A DNA stretch of 64,000 nt from a virus. Each line of letters starts with the position of its first letter. The first letter of the stretch is position 1. The position numbers and the translations under genes are program-made. The DNA is taken from the IMG/VR virus record IMGVR_UViG_3300009514_000013, positions 20,363-84,362 of that record; one strand, written 5' to 3'. Positions 45,302 through 56,125 of this stretch are shown here, piece by piece. The notes beneath the pieces were generated by a model. It worked only from the letters and a program-made list of their open reading frames with translations. It did not search any database and had not been told where the DNA came from.

Positions 45302-47017
45302 GTGGCTGGTTTTATTAGACGATTTACCTCATTCCCAGGATTGGACGTCATCACCGAGATCGAAGGTGTCAACATCATCGATCTCATTCCTCCGTCGATT
45401 TTCGTTGGTCGGCAGACTGGAACGGTTTGTCTTGTTGGGGAATGGCCTAAAGGACCAACAAACACTCCTACAGTTGTAGAAGGTGATGCGACCATCACAG
45501 GAGTCTTTGGAGGATTCTCTCTATCAGTCACAGATCCTCTGTCGTTTTCGTCCAACCCGTATAGCAATGGTAATGCGTTCGTTTGGTTGAAGAACAAGAT
45601 CTTCCGCCGTCTGGTTCTTGTTCGAGTCAATATGGATTTGGCCGAAGGTGTCAAAATTCAATTGACTGGAACTCCTTCTCCGTTGACTCAAGATATTACA
45701 ATTCCAGCTGGAACTCGTGTCAGTGCATCTGGTGCACCTACTCAAGAATTTGCTCTTTCGGCAGATGTCACTTTCGCCGAAGGTACTGATTTGGGTGTTG
45801 TTGCTTTCACAGCTTTCGATGCTGACACAGCTTCTTATTCAACAAGAACTGTTTCCGGTGTCCCCGTGTATTCCACACAAGGAGTGACCGAAACAGCTGT
45901 GGTTGATACGGTAAATACCCAAGATCTTTTCCGAGCTGGAATCGGAGCAGGTACAGCCTTGCCATCATTGGTAGTTGCAACCACAACTGGTGCACTTGAT
46001 GGAGCTCCTGCGAACACTGCTGGTTTGACTGTTCTGACCACTGGAACGATCGATACCCGGTATGAGAATGCAATTGATGCATCCTTACCGGGAGATATCG
46101 CTTCAGATTTCATTGAGACTCTTGCTTCCGCAAGACAATCAGCAGCGATTCGAACAAAAGGTCTTGAAAACGCTAGGGATTCGTCCAATGTTGGAACTGG
46201 TCGTCATTATCTGAGCCGAGCTCCGATTGGAACTCTTCCTGGAACAGGTGCTGGTGAAGCACAGAGCGCAACTGATCCTGGTGTTGGAGCCAATCGAAGT
46301 GATCGCGTCTTCTATTGCTACCCGCATTTTGAACAAAGGATTTCAGAACTTGCTGAGTTGGATCCGACAGGAGCGATCTCGACAGAGAACATTCTCCTAG
46401 GTGCGGATGCAGCTATGGCTACAATTCTGTCGAATCTACCTCCAGAGAATAACCCTGGTCAGAGTACTGCTCAGATTGTGTCTGGTGGACTGCTTTCGTT
46501 CATCCGTAAGCTCGAAGATGGTCTGACTGGAGCGAGCCTCCCAACCAAATTCACTCTTGATAACTACAAAGCTTTCAAAGCTAGTGGAATCGCAGCCCTT
46601 CGTAGAGATCCTAGAATTGCTGAATGGGTTATTCAAAGTGGAGTCACTTCTGTAGATCCTGCTGCGTTTCCATCACTTGCTCCGATTAAACGCCGAAGAA
46701 TGGCTGATTTCATTCAAGACAGCTTGGCGACCGTTGCGCTTCGCTTCAACAAGCTCCCGGCCACAACGGAGCGAACCGATTCGCTGGCCGGCGAGCTTTC
46801 TGATTTCTTGGATCTGTTGTTATCCCCAGACAACCCAGCGCAGCAAAGGATTGCTGCTTGGTCGATTGATACTCGATCGGGTAACACAGAAGCGCTTCAG
46901 GGTTCAGGTGTCTTTGTCATCATCATCAAAGTCCAATTGTTGGATACGTTGGACTTCATTGTTCTCCAGACAACCATTGGTGAAACGGTAGAGATCGAAG
47001 CGTTTGAAACCGCTTAG
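45302..47017 (+). CDS. tail sheath protein
   Basis: PG....E..GV start, VGEWPKGP.NTP, IKRRRMADFI, LDFI.L. Confidence 0.85.
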   Translation: MAGFIRRFTSFPGLDVITEIEGVNIIDLIPPSIFVGRQTGTVCLVGEWPKGPTNTPTVVEGDATITGVFGGFSLSVTDPLSFSSNPYSNGNAFVWLKNKIFRRLVLVRVNMDLAEGVKIQLTGTPSPLTQDITIPAGTRVSASGAPTQEFALSADVTFAEGTDLGVVAFTAFDADTASYSTRTVSGVPVYSTQGVTETAVVDTVNTQDLFRAGIGAGTALPSLVVATTTGALDGAPANTAGLTVLTTGTIDTRYENAIDASLPGDIASDFIETLASARQSAAIRTKGLENARDSSNVGTGRHYLSRAPIGTLPGTGAGEAQSATDPGVGANRSDRVFYCYPHFEQRISELAELDPTGAISTENILLGADAAMATILSNLPPENNPGQSTAQIVSGGLLSFIRKLEDGLTGASLPTKFTLDNYKAFKASGIAALRRDPRIAEWVIQSGVTSVDPAAFPSLAPIKRRRMADFIQDSLATVALRFNKLPATTERTDSLAGELSDFLDLLLSPDNPAQQRIAAWSIDTRSGNTEALQGSGVFVIIIKVQLLDTLDFIVLQTTIGETVEIEAFETA

Positions 47018-47068
47018 CTTCCTTTCCGTTCCTTGACGCTGGTTCCAGGAACCACGTAAAACCAAGAC

Positions 47069-47518
47069 ATGGCTGAGACTCGCATCAGGGGACAAGAAGT
47101 CACCATTCGCCTCGCTCGGGGAAATCAAGTAGAAGCAACCATCACCGCAATCAAGGATTTCTCATACCAATATGAGACGGCGACAATATCCGAAGGATAT
47201 ATAGGCGAAACCACGATGAGGCAAGACGATATCTTCAACGGTATCAGTGGCTCCTTCACTGTGGACCACGAAAGCCAAGACGTCCTTCTACTTGCGGATT
47301 TCATCAAGAAGAGAGCACGGCGATCTCCTGAAGCGCCAATCAATCAAAGTCGAATCAATGCAACTGGAAGGTTCACATTCCCCAATGGAGAAACACCAAG
47401 AGTTCTCATTAAGGATATGAAATTCGACGCAATTCCAGTGAACATTGGGTCTCGAGATACGTACGTCAATACAACCTTCTCATTCCGATGTGAGGATGCA
47501 TTGGTGATCACTACGTAA
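47069..47518 (+). CDS. tail tube protein
   Basis: 149 aa after the sheath; RI.GQE, YIGET, G.SGSF. Confidence 0.75.
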   Translation: MAETRIRGQEVTIRLARGNQVEATITAIKDFSYQYETATISEGYIGETTMRQDDIFNGISGSFTVDHESQDVLLLADFIKKRARRSPEAPINQSRINATGRFTFPNGETPRVLIKDMKFDAIPVNIGSRDTYVNTTFSFRCEDALVITT

Positions 47519-47558
47519 AACCATTTTGAAACCCTAACCGGAACAACCGGAGGAGAAC

Positions 47559-47999
47559 ATGGAAAAACAAACTCGAAATACAAAAGTGAAGCCAGTAGTC
47601 AAAAAAGGACCTGCTGCATCGGCCCCGTCTGCCATTTCTTATTCAGCAGGGGATTTGCCATCAGTTCCAATTGAGAAATACAAATTCCAAATTCCTGCGA
47701 AGGTGAGGAAAGAAAACGATCCACATACTGTAGTGATCAAGGAACTCACTGAGAGTGAAATCGATACAGCTAGTAAGATTGGTGGCGATAACCAACGGAA
47801 GATTGTCCAGGAAATGGTGAAAGCGTCAATCGTTGAAGTGGATGAACATGAAGTGAACCACGCCGAAGCCGAAGCTGATGCTTACTGGTCTCGATGGAGT
47901 CAGAAAGTCAGATACCAACTGATTGCTGGATGGAGGAAGATTAATCAAACCTCAGAAGAGGAAGACGCCCTTTTTTTCGAAAGTATGGAGAGAGTGTAG
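47559..47999 (+). CDS. tail assembly chaperone (G)
   Basis: Between tube and tape measure; ends with a slippery site. Confidence 0.75.
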   Translation: MEKQTRNTKVKPVVKKGPAASAPSAISYSAGDLPSVPIEKYKFQIPAKVRKENDPHTVVIKELTESEIDTASKIGGDNQRKIVQEMVKASIVEVDEHEVNHAEAEADAYWSRWSQKVRYQLIAGWRKINQTSEEEDALFFESMERV

Positions 48000-48190
48000 A
48001 TCTAGATGCTTACCGTGAGCGTATCCAAGAACGTCATGAACGATTCAAAATATACGCGTTTCTCGCAAAACACGCCGGTCAGCAAGTTCCACTCTTGCTG
48101 GGTAGGCAGATGACTTTCGTCGAACTTTTAATCCTTCAAAGAGAAGTTGGAAAGCTTGTAGCTCGGGATCCTATTCTCCCGATGATGTGA
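47972..48190 (+). other. programmed -1 frameshift site and GT extension
   Basis: T TTT TTC heptamer; the -1 frame is open to TGA 48188-90, 6 nt before the tape measure ATG. Confidence 0.75.
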
Positions 48191-48196
48191 TGAGTT

Positions 48197-49771
48197 ATGG
48201 CCGGACCAGAAACAATTCATAAGATTGTCGAGAAGATCGAAGTCCAAGGAGTCGATAAAGCCGGCAAACAGATGGATAAGGTTGGCGAGTCATCTAAACT
48301 CGTCGCGACTGGGTTCTTCCGTGCAAACCTCGCAGCTAACCTGGCTTCTAAAGCCATTTCGGCAATTACGATGAAACTTGCTGAGCTCCAACGACGAGCA
48401 TGGTTGGTCAATGAAGAATTCGAAAGGATGCAGAGCCGTACTCAAGGTCTGATCCTTGGCCTTGTTGATTGGGGAGAAGCTACAGAAGCAGAGAAAATCA
48501 CTCAATCTCGCAAACTGACTAACCGTCTGATGGAGGAATACAAGGATCTTGCCGTCAAAACAGCAACGCCAATTCGCTTGATCGAAGCGGCTCATGCGCG
48601 TGTGAACTCAGTTCTTTCTGGTATGGGGATGAATCAGAAAGAGATTCTCGACATCACTGATCAAGCAGCAGCTGCTGCGAAAGTCTATGGCGATAATGCC
48701 GAAGTCGCTGGCGGTATTGTTTCGAAAGCTATTCAAGAAGGAACTGTTGAAGGTGAAACAGCTTTTGCTAAAGCATTGAAAGCTCAAGCCAACATTACTT
48801 CGAAAATGAAGCCAGAAGAACGCTTGAAGAAAGTCACAGCTGTTCTAGAAAGCATGGGCGCTCCTCTAGCGGTGGTCACACGAGATACAGAAAGTGCTCT
48901 GACAAGATGGGGCATTCTGTCAAATGACATTCTCCAACGTGTCACCTATCCCATCTATCAGAAGATCGGTTTTGTTGTTGGTGAAATTGTCGACTGGATG
49001 ACTGAACATGAATCTCAAATTGATCGTGTCATCAGCGATGTTTCTGAGTGGGGAGAAACTCTTTGGGATGTTGGAACAGCTACTTACGAGATTTGGAAAG
49101 TGGTTTCTGCATGGACTGAAGAACTAACTTCTTCGAAAGATATGATCAATACGATCTGGTCCAGTTTGAAACTGATCAATCAGACGGTTTCAATCATCTT
49201 CCGTGCGTTTGAGACTCTATCAGAATTGGTAAAAGTCCTTTCTGGAGACGATTCCGGAATCGGAAAACTTTATGCCCTATCAGCTTCTTTGGAAGTGAAA
49301 TGGCTCGAGATCCAAAAGAGCATACTCAGTGTGGTTACCTCATTAGCAAAGCTGGCTGTACCTGGTTTCATTAGAGAGAAAGTTCCTGGTCTTAGTACCT
49401 TTTTTGAAACGCTTGACGGAATCGGAACGGTTCTCGATCGAGACATCCGAAAAGCTGGTGAACGTCTACGTGGTCTAGAAAAGCCTCTTATCGCAGCTGG
49501 AGAGATTCCAGGTGGTCTAACTCAAACCACTAGAGAAATGATTGCTGATGAAAACAAAGCTCTAGAAGAAGCATTGAAGAAGACTCGTGGTCGGAAACTT
49601 TCCATCACTCAGCAAATTGGAAAGATCGAAATCAGACAAGACTTCCGAGATCAGGATCCTGATCGAATTCTTGTTGAATTTGTAAGTGATCTTGAACGAC
49701 TTGGAGAGACTGCACTTCAGTCAACTGCCGGTGGAGAAGGTATGGCTCTTGAAGGAGGTTCTTCCTACTAA
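48197..49771 (+). CDS. tape measure protein (short, 524 aa)
   Basis: Ala-rich helical protein after the chaperone. Confidence 0.75.
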   Translation: MAGPETIHKIVEKIEVQGVDKAGKQMDKVGESSKLVATGFFRANLAANLASKAISAITMKLAELQRRAWLVNEEFERMQSRTQGLILGLVDWGEATEAEKITQSRKLTNRLMEEYKDLAVKTATPIRLIEAAHARVNSVLSGMGMNQKEILDITDQAAAAAKVYGDNAEVAGGIVSKAIQEGTVEGETAFAKALKAQANITSKMKPEERLKKVTAVLESMGAPLAVVTRDTESALTRWGILSNDILQRVTYPIYQKIGFVVGEIVDWMTEHESQIDRVISDVSEWGETLWDVGTATYEIWKVVSAWTEELTSSKDMINTIWSSLKLINQTVSIIFRAFETLSELVKVLSGDDSGIGKLYALSASLEVKWLEIQKSILSVVTSLAKLAVPGFIREKVPGLSTFFETLDGIGTVLDRDIRKAGERLRGLEKPLIAAGEIPGGLTQTTREMIADENKALEEALKKTRGRKLSITQQIGKIEIRQDFRDQDPDRILVEFVSDLERLGETALQSTAGGEGMALEGGSSY

Positions 49772-50889
49772 TGGCACGTTCAGATCCAACTGCATGGGTT
49801 GTTGAAGTTCTCGAAGGACCAGCTGCCGGAGCGACTGTTGAATTGAATGGTCGAGAACTTCCATATCGCTCTGCTCAAGGCGGAACAATTTCGTTTGGTA
49901 AAACACAGCGCACCAAACAAACATGGTATCAAGGCAATCCTGTTGCGTCTCAACAGATCATCGGACCTATCCTCAAACCAACTGCCATCAATGGTGTTTG
50001 GAAAGAACGCTACATCGGAACAGATAGACCGATCGATCTCGTTGAACTATTTGAAGAGCTCTTAGATACAGGTGTCCAAGTTCGAATTTCTTGGTCGACA
50101 ATTGAAAGAGTCGGAATCGTTAAAGATTTCACTTGGTATCCAGGCGATCCCATTGGAGGTCTTGGTGACATCCGTTGGGAAATGATCTTTGAGTGGAATC
50201 AAGCTGTCCCCGCTATTCCCCGTAGAGTTGGTGATGGGCAACCAGCTGTCAGAGATCTCCTCGCGGACGCAGCTAACAAACTTGTCATTTTGGGAGACGG
50301 TATTGAAGCATTCTCCTCTGGAGTTGGAACCTTCGTAGGACAAGCTAAGCAATCGTACGAGAGCATTGATCGTGCATTCAGCACATTCACAGAAGCTCTA
50401 GAATCGCCTTTAGACATTCAATCCAGCACTGCTGCGAGGATGGGCGATGAACCCAATTTACCAGCTAGACTTCTTGAAGATGCCTCATCAGCAGCTGGAA
50501 GTGCTCAAGAAACATCAGGTCGGATTGCTCTATTCACTGGAAGTATCTTCCCAGGAAACACAGTTGTTTCTGACAACTTCGAAGACATCTTAGAAGAGTC
50601 TCTTTCTCGGTATGAGATCATCGACAATTGCTATGACTCGATGGAGTCTCAATTTGATACCAGAGTTCGTCTTGAAGAGATTGTAAGGCCTGATGAGTTC
50701 ACTACAATTCCTGCTTTTGTTGGTGGAGATCTTCGTGAGGTAGCAATTCAGTTCTACGGAGATGCTGATCTTTGGGATCGGATTGCTAAGCAGAATGGTC
50801 TTGATACCTCCCTCATTCCTGACGATGTTGAAGAACTCGTCATTCCATTGTCATTGCCTGACGCTACGGATCGAAAGATTGGGTGCTAA
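49771..50889 (+). CDS. tail tube initiator/baseplate protein with C-terminal LysM-like domain
   Basis: DLREVAIQFYGDADLWDRIAKQNGL. Confidence 0.7.
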   Translation: MARSDPTAWVVEVLEGPAAGATVELNGRELPYRSAQGGTISFGKTQRTKQTWYQGNPVASQQIIGPILKPTAINGVWKERYIGTDRPIDLVELFEELLDTGVQVRISWSTIERVGIVKDFTWYPGDPIGGLGDIRWEMIFEWNQAVPAIPRRVGDGQPAVRDLLADAANKLVILGDGIEAFSSGVGTFVGQAKQSYESIDRAFSTFTEALESPLDIQSSTAARMGDEPNLPARLLEDASSAAGSAQETSGRIALFTGSIFPGNTVVSDNFEDILEESLSRYEIIDNCYDSMESQFDTRVRLEEIVRPDEFTTIPAFVGGDLREVAIQFYGDADLWDRIAKQNGLDTSLIPDDVEELVIPLSLPDATDRKIGC

Positions 50890-52743
50890 ATGGCACGTGG
50901 AAACATCCGTAGAACGACGGAGAATGCAAACCGTGACAGGTACTATCCATCGACTCGTACGGTTCTATTAGTGCGTTTTGATGATGGTTCTACGGACAAG
51001 TACAACGACGACGAAATTCGAAACGAACGGAATCCAGATCCGGATCTTCCTTCGCGCCGAAGAGAACCTATCCAGAAGCAACCACGTCAACTTGAGACTG
51101 GCCCTAAGGTGTTCTCAAGAAGAGATTTCAGAGCTGCTTTGGACAGCGCTCGAGTGAATATCGCAGATGCGGTAGCTAAGACTCCGAGGCCAGATGGCCT
51201 TTCTAGAATCATCGATGTTCAACCAATCAAGTCGACTCGTAGAGTGAATACGTACAGAAAAGCAGATGAGTTGGATCTCACATTGTCTTGGAAATCGGTC
51301 CCTTTCGATGCTCGGATTGTTCGAGCAATTCTAGCTTTTCACTACGAAGGGACCACATCACCTGATGGATTTTCTACCGGAGAACGTGAGTTGGCGCCTG
51401 ATAATCCAAACCCGACCGGATTCATTGTTCCTGCGACCGGGGACAATCTTCGATGGGTCGGAACAATTGATGAGATATCAGATGCTCATGGAGATGGTGG
51501 TGACATTGTCACGATGAAAGGTCGTGATCTGACAAGCCTTCTCTTGGATACAGAAATTGCTCCTGGTCTCGAAACGAGGATGGCTCCTGGCACAACCATC
51601 CAAGAAGTCATCAAGAACCTATTGGCAACTGACGATGTCTTTGAATTGATCAGAGGTCCATTTCTCCGCACTGAGAATCCGTTACCTCAACTAGACGCAG
51701 CTCGATACACAAGACTCGCTGTGGTTCCTAAAGAAAGACATCGGGAAAATAGCGCTGGAGGAAGGCCATTTGTGATTCGTCATCCCCCAAAAGCTGGTGG
51801 AAAAACTTCATACTGGGACGTAATCAGCGAATTGTGCCTTGCTCATTGTCTCAGACCATCGATTGAGAAAGACCAATTGGTTCTTCTTGAGCCGAGGATT
51901 CTTTATTCCAGAGTTCCTGAAATCACTACTCAACCAGGAATTCCGAGTTTTCCGAAACCCGGTGGTCATCGTCAGGCAATTGGTGAAACGCGAACTACCA
52001 GACGAATGGTTTATGGGAAGAACATTCAGATGTTGCGTTTTCACCGCAAACTTGGGCGCATCAAGTCTCCTACGATTGAAGTCATTGGTTACAATCCAGA
52101 CGCTGAACGTTCGGATGAACGAAGAGTGATTGTTCGGTATCCACCCACAACTCGAACGAACACAACAGACGCAGCTGGAAAGAAGCCCAAAGAGAATTTC
52201 CACACAGTGCAAATCCAAGGTGTAGTCGACAAGACTCAATTGAGAGACATCGCGAAACAGGTCTACGAAGGAATGGGTAGGCAAGAAATGGGAATTGCGA
52301 TCCAAACTGCTGATCTGGCTAGCTTTTCAGACAATCCGAGGTTTGATCCTAATCTAGATCCTGACTTGCTCGATCTCCGTGCTGGAGATCCGATTGAGAT
52401 TCTTGTGATTCCAACCGATCGCGAAACAGGAAAACTCTTCTCATTGGCAGAGCTAAACACATTCATTTCGAAACGAGACAAGGTGACTTCTGGAACATCC
52501 GCAGTCAGAGAGAATGCAGTTCAGTTTCTAGTAGAACAAGGATGGGATCGTGATGACGCCAATCAGTTGGTAAAGATTCTTGCCTCTGCAAATCTACCGA
52601 ACGAGTTCCGTGTGATTTCAGCGTCTTTTTCTTTTGACGCGGATAGCGGTTTTGACATTCAGATTGATGCTAGAAACTATGTGAAAGTCAGGGCAGATCC
52701 AGAAGACGTATCCCAAACCAGAACAACTGTTGGAGGTGGGTGA
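50890..52743 (+). CDS. baseplate hub protein (Mu gp44/P2 D-like)
   Basis: GTIDEI..KGRDLTSLLLD; YWD; synteny. Confidence 0.65.
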   Translation: MARGNIRRTTENANRDRYYPSTRTVLLVRFDDGSTDKYNDDEIRNERNPDPDLPSRRREPIQKQPRQLETGPKVFSRRDFRAALDSARVNIADAVAKTPRPDGLSRIIDVQPIKSTRRVNTYRKADELDLTLSWKSVPFDARIVRAILAFHYEGTTSPDGFSTGERELAPDNPNPTGFIVPATGDNLRWVGTIDEISDAHGDGGDIVTMKGRDLTSLLLDTEIAPGLETRMAPGTTIQEVIKNLLATDDVFELIRGPFLRTENPLPQLDAARYTRLAVVPKERHRENSAGGRPFVIRHPPKAGGKTSYWDVISELCLAHCLRPSIEKDQLVLLEPRILYSRVPEITTQPGIPSFPKPGGHRQAIGETRTTRRMVYGKNIQMLRFHRKLGRIKSPTIEVIGYNPDAERSDERRVIVRYPPTTRTNTTDAAGKKPKENFHTVQIQGVVDKTQLRDIAKQVYEGMGRQEMGIAIQTADLASFSDNPRFDPNLDPDLLDLRAGDPIEILVIPTDRETGKLFSLAELNTFISKRDKVTSGTSAVRENAVQFLVEQGWDRDDANQLVKILASANLPNEFRVISASFSFDADSGFDIQIDARNYVKVRADPEDVSQTRTTVGGG

Positions 52744-52744
52744 G

Positions 52745-53311
52745 ATGCCGATTGAAGTAACTGATAAGACTCCTAGAAAAGGCCAAATGGCTCGAAGAAG
52801 GGGTGCTGTAGGACGTCCTAATATTGATGTTCAGCGCCTTGGGCGAGCAATTGCAGGACCTGGAATTGATACTCGTTATTGGCTAGCTGCAGGAACCGTT
52901 GGTCACCGAGATGATCGTGGAACATTTGTCACCAATGACACCGAAGCGATCTATGCTGATCGTTTAGGACCAGTGGTTTCAGTTCGTCTTGAAGCAAATG
53001 TTGATGATCGTGTCATAACAGCCCGTTGGCAAGGAATCGGTTGTGGACGATATGGATTCATGCTGTTCCCGCTTCGTCCGGGAGATGAGGTTGTTGTTGC
53101 GATTCCTGAAGGAGATCTCAACAGCGCGGCAATCACCATAGTTGCAGTTCTCCCTAATCAGACAGCTAGAATCCCTCAAGATTGGAATAACGATCGGGTT
53201 TTGTTTGATTTGAATGTGCCCTTTGAAGTAAAAGCTCCAGCAATCCGAATGACTTCAGGCAGCCTAGTGTTGAACGACAGACAAGTAAACTTTAGCCCGG
53301 AAGATATCTAG
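52745..53311 (+). CDS. baseplate spike (gpV-like OB fold)
   Basis: FPLRPGDEVVVAIPEGD. Confidence 0.7.
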   Translation: MPIEVTDKTPRKGQMARRRGAVGRPNIDVQRLGRAIAGPGIDTRYWLAAGTVGHRDDRGTFVTNDTEAIYADRLGPVVSVRLEANVDDRVITARWQGIGCGRYGFMLFPLRPGDEVVVAIPEGDLNSAAITIVAVLPNQTARIPQDWNNDRVLFDLNVPFEVKAPAIRMTSGSLVLNDRQVNFSPEDI

Positions 53312-54553
53312 ATGGCCGAAAACGAAGCACCAGACATTGAGGAGTTTTGTCCTGAAACGAGTCCTATTGATTCTCTTCCGGCGATTCACTTCATAGGAGG
53401 CGCAATCCTGGAACCGCAGGTAGATCCGACAAAGGGTCAACCGGGAACCTGTGCATTGACCATCGATCTGGTTGCTCAACTACAAACAGCTCTTGCACCT
53501 CTACAACCCTTTCTCACGTTGTTGGATTTGGTTGCCCACCTGGTGCAGTGCTTTTTGTTGGTCGTTGAAGTCATCACCAATCCACTGAAGATCATTGATC
53601 TTTTGAAGTGTCTTCCTGGCCTTGTAAGTAAAATCAATCAAATACTTGCATTGATTCCGGTCCTACCTCAGGGAATCGTTGCGTTTGTTACGTTCATCGT
53701 CGACATCATCCGATTCATCGGAACTCAAATCGATTGTGTCATTCAGATTCTGGAATCCATTCAGGCAGAAATAGGAGCTATCAACGATTTGCTTCGCAAG
53801 ATAGCAGAAGTAGATGACGATGAGATCAGAGCAGCTCTTCAATTCCAATACGACTGTCAGTCGGAACAAATCGCAACTAGATTGAGTACTGCTCTCGGTG
53901 TTCTAGGTCCTGTTGCAAGGATTCTCTGTACTATCCGAGCAATCCTCTCGATCATTCCAGGTGGGAAAGCAATTGCTGATCAACTGAAGTTTCCAGATCC
54001 ATCGAGTATAGAAGCTCTTGATGATGCAATTGATGCTCTGAAAGCTGTCAGAGATACCCTGTTGGGGGTTGTCGATGTAATTGAAGCACTTGCTGCTCCT
54101 TTCGGCGGAATCATTCCTCCTCCAGAAATCGGCTTTGTTTGTGCTCTGGATACTGCTCCTAGTGAAGATGAAGAAGTGATTCCGGCTGAGGTTCCGGAAA
54201 TCGATTCCATATCACTTCCTGACGGAACTCCTATTTTTCCACCTACAATTCCTCAAACAGCTGTAGGTGATCCGAATGTTGAGATTCTCGTCCTGGGAAG
54301 TGGCTTCAACGAACAAACCCTATGGTTTTGGAACACCGCTCCTCTTACCGAAGATGGAAATCAATTTTTGGGTGCGAATAAATTTAAGATTGAAATTCCC
54401 TCAAGCCTTCTTACGAATCTAGGTGTGTTCTACCTAGCCGCTGTTAACGAACCTGAAGGTGGTGGTGGAGCTTTCTCAGGACTCGCTGAACCTGGGGAAA
54501 CTCCCGATACTGGTGTTGAGGTGTCAAATCAGTTTGATATAGAAGTAGTCTAG
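53312..54553 (+). CDS. hydrophobic helical baseplate-associated protein
   Basis: Long amphipathic helices followed by an Ig-like C-terminus. Confidence 0.6.
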   Translation: MAENEAPDIEEFCPETSPIDSLPAIHFIGGAILEPQVDPTKGQPGTCALTIDLVAQLQTALAPLQPFLTLLDLVAHLVQCFLLVVEVITNPLKIIDLLKCLPGLVSKINQILALIPVLPQGIVAFVTFIVDIIRFIGTQIDCVIQILESIQAEIGAINDLLRKIAEVDDDEIRAALQFQYDCQSEQIATRLSTALGVLGPVARILCTIRAILSIIPGGKAIADQLKFPDPSSIEALDDAIDALKAVRDTLLGVVDVIEALAAPFGGIIPPPEIGFVCALDTAPSEDEEVIPAEVPEIDSISLPDGTPIFPPTIPQTAVGDPNVEILVLGSGFNEQTLWFWNTAPLTEDGNQFLGANKFKIEIPSSLLTNLGVFYLAAVNEPEGGGGAFSGLAEPGETPDTGVEVSNQFDIEVV

Positions 54554-55942
54554 ATGACTTACTTCCAAGACACGACGCTGACAGACATTCCAGACGCGAT
54601 AAACTTCTTGAGAGATCAGTGTCTTGCTGAAGGTTGGACAGTCACAGAACTCAACACCTCGGTTGCAGATGTAACCACAGTTCGACGTGTTGGTAGGGAG
54701 TTCATCGCTGAGATTCCAGGAGATACTCCAGGATCTGGAAATGCTGCTCTTGGTCATATTTGTGTTTCATTTCTCCATGCATTCTCATCAGGACGACACA
54801 TCAACCTTTGCGGATGGACTGGTCAGAAAGTAGCTACGATCGCTTCTTCTTCTCGTTCTGGAACTACACTCTCAGTGACCACGTCATCCCCTCATGGATT
54901 CGCTACAGGCGATCTTGTCATCGTCAACGGCCAATCCGATGCCGACCTCAATCAACCTATTGGGGGGGCGGCTGCTTCGCCAAACACAATCACAGTCACA
55001 GGAGGTTCGACGTTCGATGTCACTATTCCAGTAGGTGCTGGTGGACCAGCCACAGGAGGAACGGTGGTAGCTGTCTACAATTTCACCGGAACAAGGACTG
55101 GAGACCAGACCGAACAAAATCGAATGGCTCTCATGAACGCTGCCATGGATTGCTTTGGGTACATCGACAACTACCGGATGTGCGGAATCATTCTTCAAGG
55201 TGGTGTTTTCTTTCCGTTTTATCTTGGTCTTTCTGGACGAGAACACGTTCAAGCTGAAGGATCGAACGTCGCGAAAGTGACAGGTGGTGGAGTTACCGGA
55301 AATGGCGCAACCGATGTTGTGATCACTCTCGATCGAGCATCACCCAATCTCTATGTTGGGCAGCCAATATTTCTATGTCCTCCCGACTCAGCTGTTCCGA
55401 ATTCAGTAGATCAAGCGAACTCAAGTCTTGAGTCAGTCACCATCTCTGCAGTCAATTCACCGACCGAGATTGAAGCTACTCTCTCTGCGAATACGTTTCC
55501 CGATGGGACGATCGTTGGTTGGGATGCAATACCACTTGCTATTATGGGTAATGGTCCAACGGCCACTACAACGATTATTGCTAGTAAAACCGTATACATG
55601 TCTCATGAACTTGATGGAACCAGGACCTCTAGTCCGATTGGAGTTGTCTACACACCAGAAATAGAACTTTCAAATGAAACTGTTGTGGATCCGGATGGTC
55701 AGCCGTCTGGAGGGTTCTATCAAGGAAGACCTGTCATTCTGGAAAAGACCACGGCGCCCGCTGGCCATAGAAAGAATATGGAGGGAATGCCGGCGTTTCC
55801 TGTAGGTGCCCAAGTCGATCAAGACATTATGAGAATTGGTGATCCTGCGAATGCCCCAGCTGGAGACTTTAGAATCTTTGTCAGTCAAGAAGTTGAAGGT
55901 GGATACTCAGTTTCATACGGACCTGGCGCAAATCCACCCTAG
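54554..55942 (+). CDS. virion structural/fibre-like protein
   Basis: Gly/Thr-rich; VTTSSPHGFATGDLV beta-barrel motif. Confidence 0.6.
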   Translation: MTYFQDTTLTDIPDAINFLRDQCLAEGWTVTELNTSVADVTTVRRVGREFIAEIPGDTPGSGNAALGHICVSFLHAFSSGRHINLCGWTGQKVATIASSSRSGTTLSVTTSSPHGFATGDLVIVNGQSDADLNQPIGGAAASPNTITVTGGSTFDVTIPVGAGGPATGGTVVAVYNFTGTRTGDQTEQNRMALMNAAMDCFGYIDNYRMCGIILQGGVFFPFYLGLSGREHVQAEGSNVAKVTGGGVTGNGATDVVITLDRASPNLYVGQPIFLCPPDSAVPNSVDQANSSLESVTISAVNSPTEIEATLSANTFPDGTIVGWDAIPLAIMGNGPTATTTIIASKTVYMSHELDGTRTSSPIGVVYTPEIELSNETVVDPDGQPSGGFYQGRPVILEKTTAPAGHRKNMEGMPAFPVGAQVDQDIMRIGDPANAPAGDFRIFVSQEVEGGYSVSYGPGANPP

Positions 55943-55951
55943 GAGTACTTC

Positions 55952-56125
55952 GTGGCTATCTATCAAGCAGTTGTTGATTTCACTCCAGCTTCAACCACAC
56001 CTCCTCCGGAACCTCGTCCGAAGTTCCGGTTGGTCGGTCAGCACGTTCAATCGGCACCAACTGGAACTATTCATGTAGGAGTGAAAAACAGATCGAAGCG
56101 TCAAAGAACAGCTGGGAGTTTCTAA
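55952..56125 (+). CDS. 57-aa hypothetical protein (not in ORF track)
   Basis: AGGAG RBS + GTG; open to TAA abutting the next ATG. Confidence 0.55.
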   Translation: MAIYQAVVDFTPASTTPPPEPRPKFRLVGQHVQSAPTGTIHVGVKNRSKRQRTAGSF

